DNA from: Selaginella moellendorffii
Lineage: Eukaryota > Plantae > Lycopodiophyta
DNA: 64,000 nt
Direction of reading: 5' to 3'
Assembly: GCF_000143415.4 (NCBI RefSeq)
Contig: NW_003314306.1
Coordinates: 1,179,199-1,243,198, forward strand
The notes beneath the pieces were generated by a model that made no database searches, was not told the DNA's origin, and worked only from the letters and a program-made list of their open reading frames with translations. The position numbers and the translations under genes are program-made. Positions within the stretch are counted from its first letter, which is position 1. Each line of letters starts with the position of its first letter. This document shows, piece by piece, positions 61,219 to 64,000 of the stretch.

Positions 61219-62994
61219 GGCAGGAAACGAGAGCTTTCACTTCCTGGTCCTGAACTCCGCTAGAACCCTAAACTGGTACCATAACAAACAAGATAGCTCT
61301 TTATTGATGGGATAACGTGGGACTGTGGATCAGATCACACTGGTCGGCATCCTCGCGGGAGATTGCAAGAGTTAAAGCATGCATTCCTATTCAGAACGCC
61401 TCCGCAAACCACTCGAGTGTACTGGCACACAGCTGGGCAAACTGGAAAAGCCAACGTTATATAAAAATGGAATAAGATCTAATACTAGATCATGTAAGAT
61501 TGATCGCTCACCTCGCTGGAGGAGCGCCCGCTGTCCAGCAGCTTCAGCTTGCATCGCACCCCCTGATACATGAACAAGAATTAGAAAGAATCTTCACTCA
61601 AGCGGAGATTATACCCAAGAGAACCAGCAGCACCACAGCAATTGCAATGACACTTGTTGATTTCATCGCCATTTCCAATCCAAGCACAGAAAGTAACAGA
61701 TTTTATAACCGCTGTGATTTGTGACTTTTCTGCAATCAGAAAAGTCAAGCCTCCCAAGTGAGACTAGTCCTTCTTTAACAGTAAGTCGTGGTCATTCTAC
61801 AAACGATCACGTGCATCTACCATATAAAACTCGAGTATACTGAATTTTTAATTTGCCATGGATTTTGGTTCTCCAAATAGTGTCAAATACAAATTAAATA
61901 CACTTACAAAGCCTAATGGACAATGCACAGTAAATTATTATTTTAGTAACATAATTAAAACGTTTAATCTATTATTTGTAGTATCTAGTATATATTCTTA
62001 TTAATGTTGATATCTGTATGATCCAGATTTAATTTTAAATTTAATAGCTATAATTATTTTGAAAAATATAATTTATTTTGTGAGGTCCAATTGTACGACT
62101 ATAATGCCACATATTATTATTAGTATAGTAGGATTTTGGTAGCCATTATATTGGTTTCAATCCACTCTTGCATATAAGCTAAGGTTTTTGGATTAATCAA
62201 ATATATGTATTTCTGTATTCTATGCATTGAAAATTTTGATTCTCCCTCAAGGAGTGCTTTGATTTGTGCTTTTAATTTAGATTTAATTTATCATCTAGAT
62301 CTCTTTTATTCTTCTAATTTTTTCCATTTCTTCTCATTTACTTTTCTTCTTTTCATTCATCTTCATAATAGAGCAATAGCTTCTTCTTCTTTTGACTTTG
62401 GAGTAATAAGTAGTATAATTGCTCAATGCTATATGGTTGTAGTTGAACAATCAAACTTAGTTGATGGTGGCATTCACAACATGTGTATATAACTCCTCTT
62501 GCTCTTGCAAGCAAACTTTGTGTCTGGCTAAAATTCTTTTATATGAATCTTAGGGATGATATATAGTATTGGTTTAATCACTTTATAGTGATTGCCACCT
62601 ATCATTCTTGGGATATTGCCTAGTGTCTACACAAGTTTCCCATATATCTTAAAAGGATATCATTTCAATGGTATAATGGTTTAAGTGTAACTACTAGTAT
62701 GGATTACAACTTTCTTCTAAACATCTTAAATGCGCATTTAAACATGTTGACAATTGTGATAATATATTCTAGCAATTCCATTATCTCTATTAAGGGTTGT
62801 CTGAGTTAATTATGCAATTTGATGTTCACTTTTAAAGCCTATTTCTTTGTGTGGAGCAAAATATATTAGAGCGGATTAAATTAGGAATATTGTGGTTAAC
62901 GCTTTATCAACATCTTGTGGGACTAAATGCACTTGCCCCAACCACCTTTGATGACGCTCTTCAACTAGTACAATGCTATAAAATATCACCTCTC

Positions 62995-63520
62995 TATAAG
63001 TAACTATAAAGAATAACTCAAAAAATGATCTATGATTTAAATATAAAGAGAAAGGGCCCATGAATAAAACTACACCCCTTTTTCAATTAGTTAAGGAAAT
63101 TAAAATTTTTATGGTTAATCATCTTTGGGTTCAAATAATACTAGGTTAGATGACTTCCCGAGAAATCCAAATTAAAGAGTTTATATTTGGTATTAGAAGG
63201 GTTTTAAATTTGACTTTGTTGATTACCTAGATCACACTATATATTGTGATTGATATTAATAGGTTTAGTTTGCCTCTAGCTGGGTGTTAAAAGAGTAGGG
63301 CTTTTAGGGAAAGCTATAGCTCGCAGCTTCCATTCACGAGAGCGTGAAATTACAAGAAAGTGTAATAGATCCTAAATAGCCAAAGCTAATGACTCGAAAA
63401 AGAATCCATAATGTTTAAATATAAAAAAAAAGGCCTATGAACAAGAGTGCACCCCTTTTTCCAATCAGTTAAAGGTTTTGGGATATTCAAGGTTAAGCAT
63501 CTTTGGGTTTGAATAATACT
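62995..63520 (+). mobile_element. Older, deaminated Cassandra-like TRIM copy (3' LTR truncated)
   Basis: LTR 62995-63185 (TATAAGT..GTTTATA), PBS TGGTATTAG, interior homologous to 44933-45120 (CATTCACGAGAG-GTGAA), second LTR ~63370-63520. Confidence 0.85.
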
Positions 63521-63619
63521 TTTCATTTCATATAAAAGATAATTTTGTTCTAATGGGTTATTACCCGTATTAAAGAACAAGAGCAAGTGGTTATGGTTAT
63601 GATATTCATTAATAAGTGT

Positions 63620-63622
<3 letters not shown>

Positions 63623-63682
<60 letters not shown>
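63623..63682 (+). repeat. (AT)n microsatellite, ~30 units
   Basis: Directly visible. Confidence 0.98.
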
Positions 63683-63685
<3 letters not shown>

Positions 63686-64000
63686 ACTGATATTCCCTAG
63701 ATTGCCAATATTAACACACAAGGGCGAGGATATGGTTGTAGCTATGATATTCATTATTAGGTATGTGATGAAGTTAGACACATATATCGATATTATTGGC
63801 ATTACCTAGATAGGCATCCACTATTTCTTAGATGGAGGCCTGAGTGTGAATAATATCATGTAGGTGCTACTATGGTGGAAGGTATTAATATAAAAATTCT
63901 TTAAGGAAATAAGACTTGTACAAGTAATGGGGGGTTTTTCTATGATTGTGTATCAGTTATTGTCTATTAAATAATGTGATGATCCCAAATATGTATCTAC

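Noticed and set aside
63386-63802. 138-aa ORF with IY repeats
   Set aside because: Translation of the AT microsatellite plus LTR.

Overview
Eukaryotic land-plant nuclear DNA. It is most likely the lycophyte Selaginella, inferred from 48-70 bp introns, high gene density, a microbial-type terpene synthase relic and a type-II-like chalcone isomerase. Gene-dense blocks (about 1-4, 9-38 and 49-61 kb) alternate with AT-rich blocks of decayed transposons (about 4-9, 39-48 and 61.8-64 kb), and there is one 100-N gap. Recognisable genes: GCP6 (5' part), GT92-like glycosyltransferase, CCR/DFR-like SDR, GH79 heparanase-like, actin, RPE, PCNA, IQ-BAG, thaumatin-like, AIRP2-like RING, ZnF-UBA-PUB, histone H4 (V21H variant), organellar S15, Ole e 1, PPR, C4H (CYP73A), F-box/LRR, GIF/AN3, two SAURs and CHI. 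Highlights the ORF track misses: (1) a secreted polyprotein with nine Pro-rich peptide modules grading from IDA/PIP-like to CLE and TDIF-like; (2) a ~4 kb mosaic of captured gene fragments inserted in that gene's 5' region, bounded by ~300 bp direct repeats and a perfect 15-bp duplication; (3) a complete 571-bp Cassandra-type TRIM with 5S-derived LTRs and a TSD, plus older copies; (4) a deletion-riddled relic of a phosphatase plus RNA-ligase fusion of the fungal/protist RNA-repair type; (5) a polycistronic snoRNA cluster; (6) a knottin-type peptide gene with two dead copies; (7) several pseudogenes shrunk by many small deletions. All calls were made by eye; no database searches were run.
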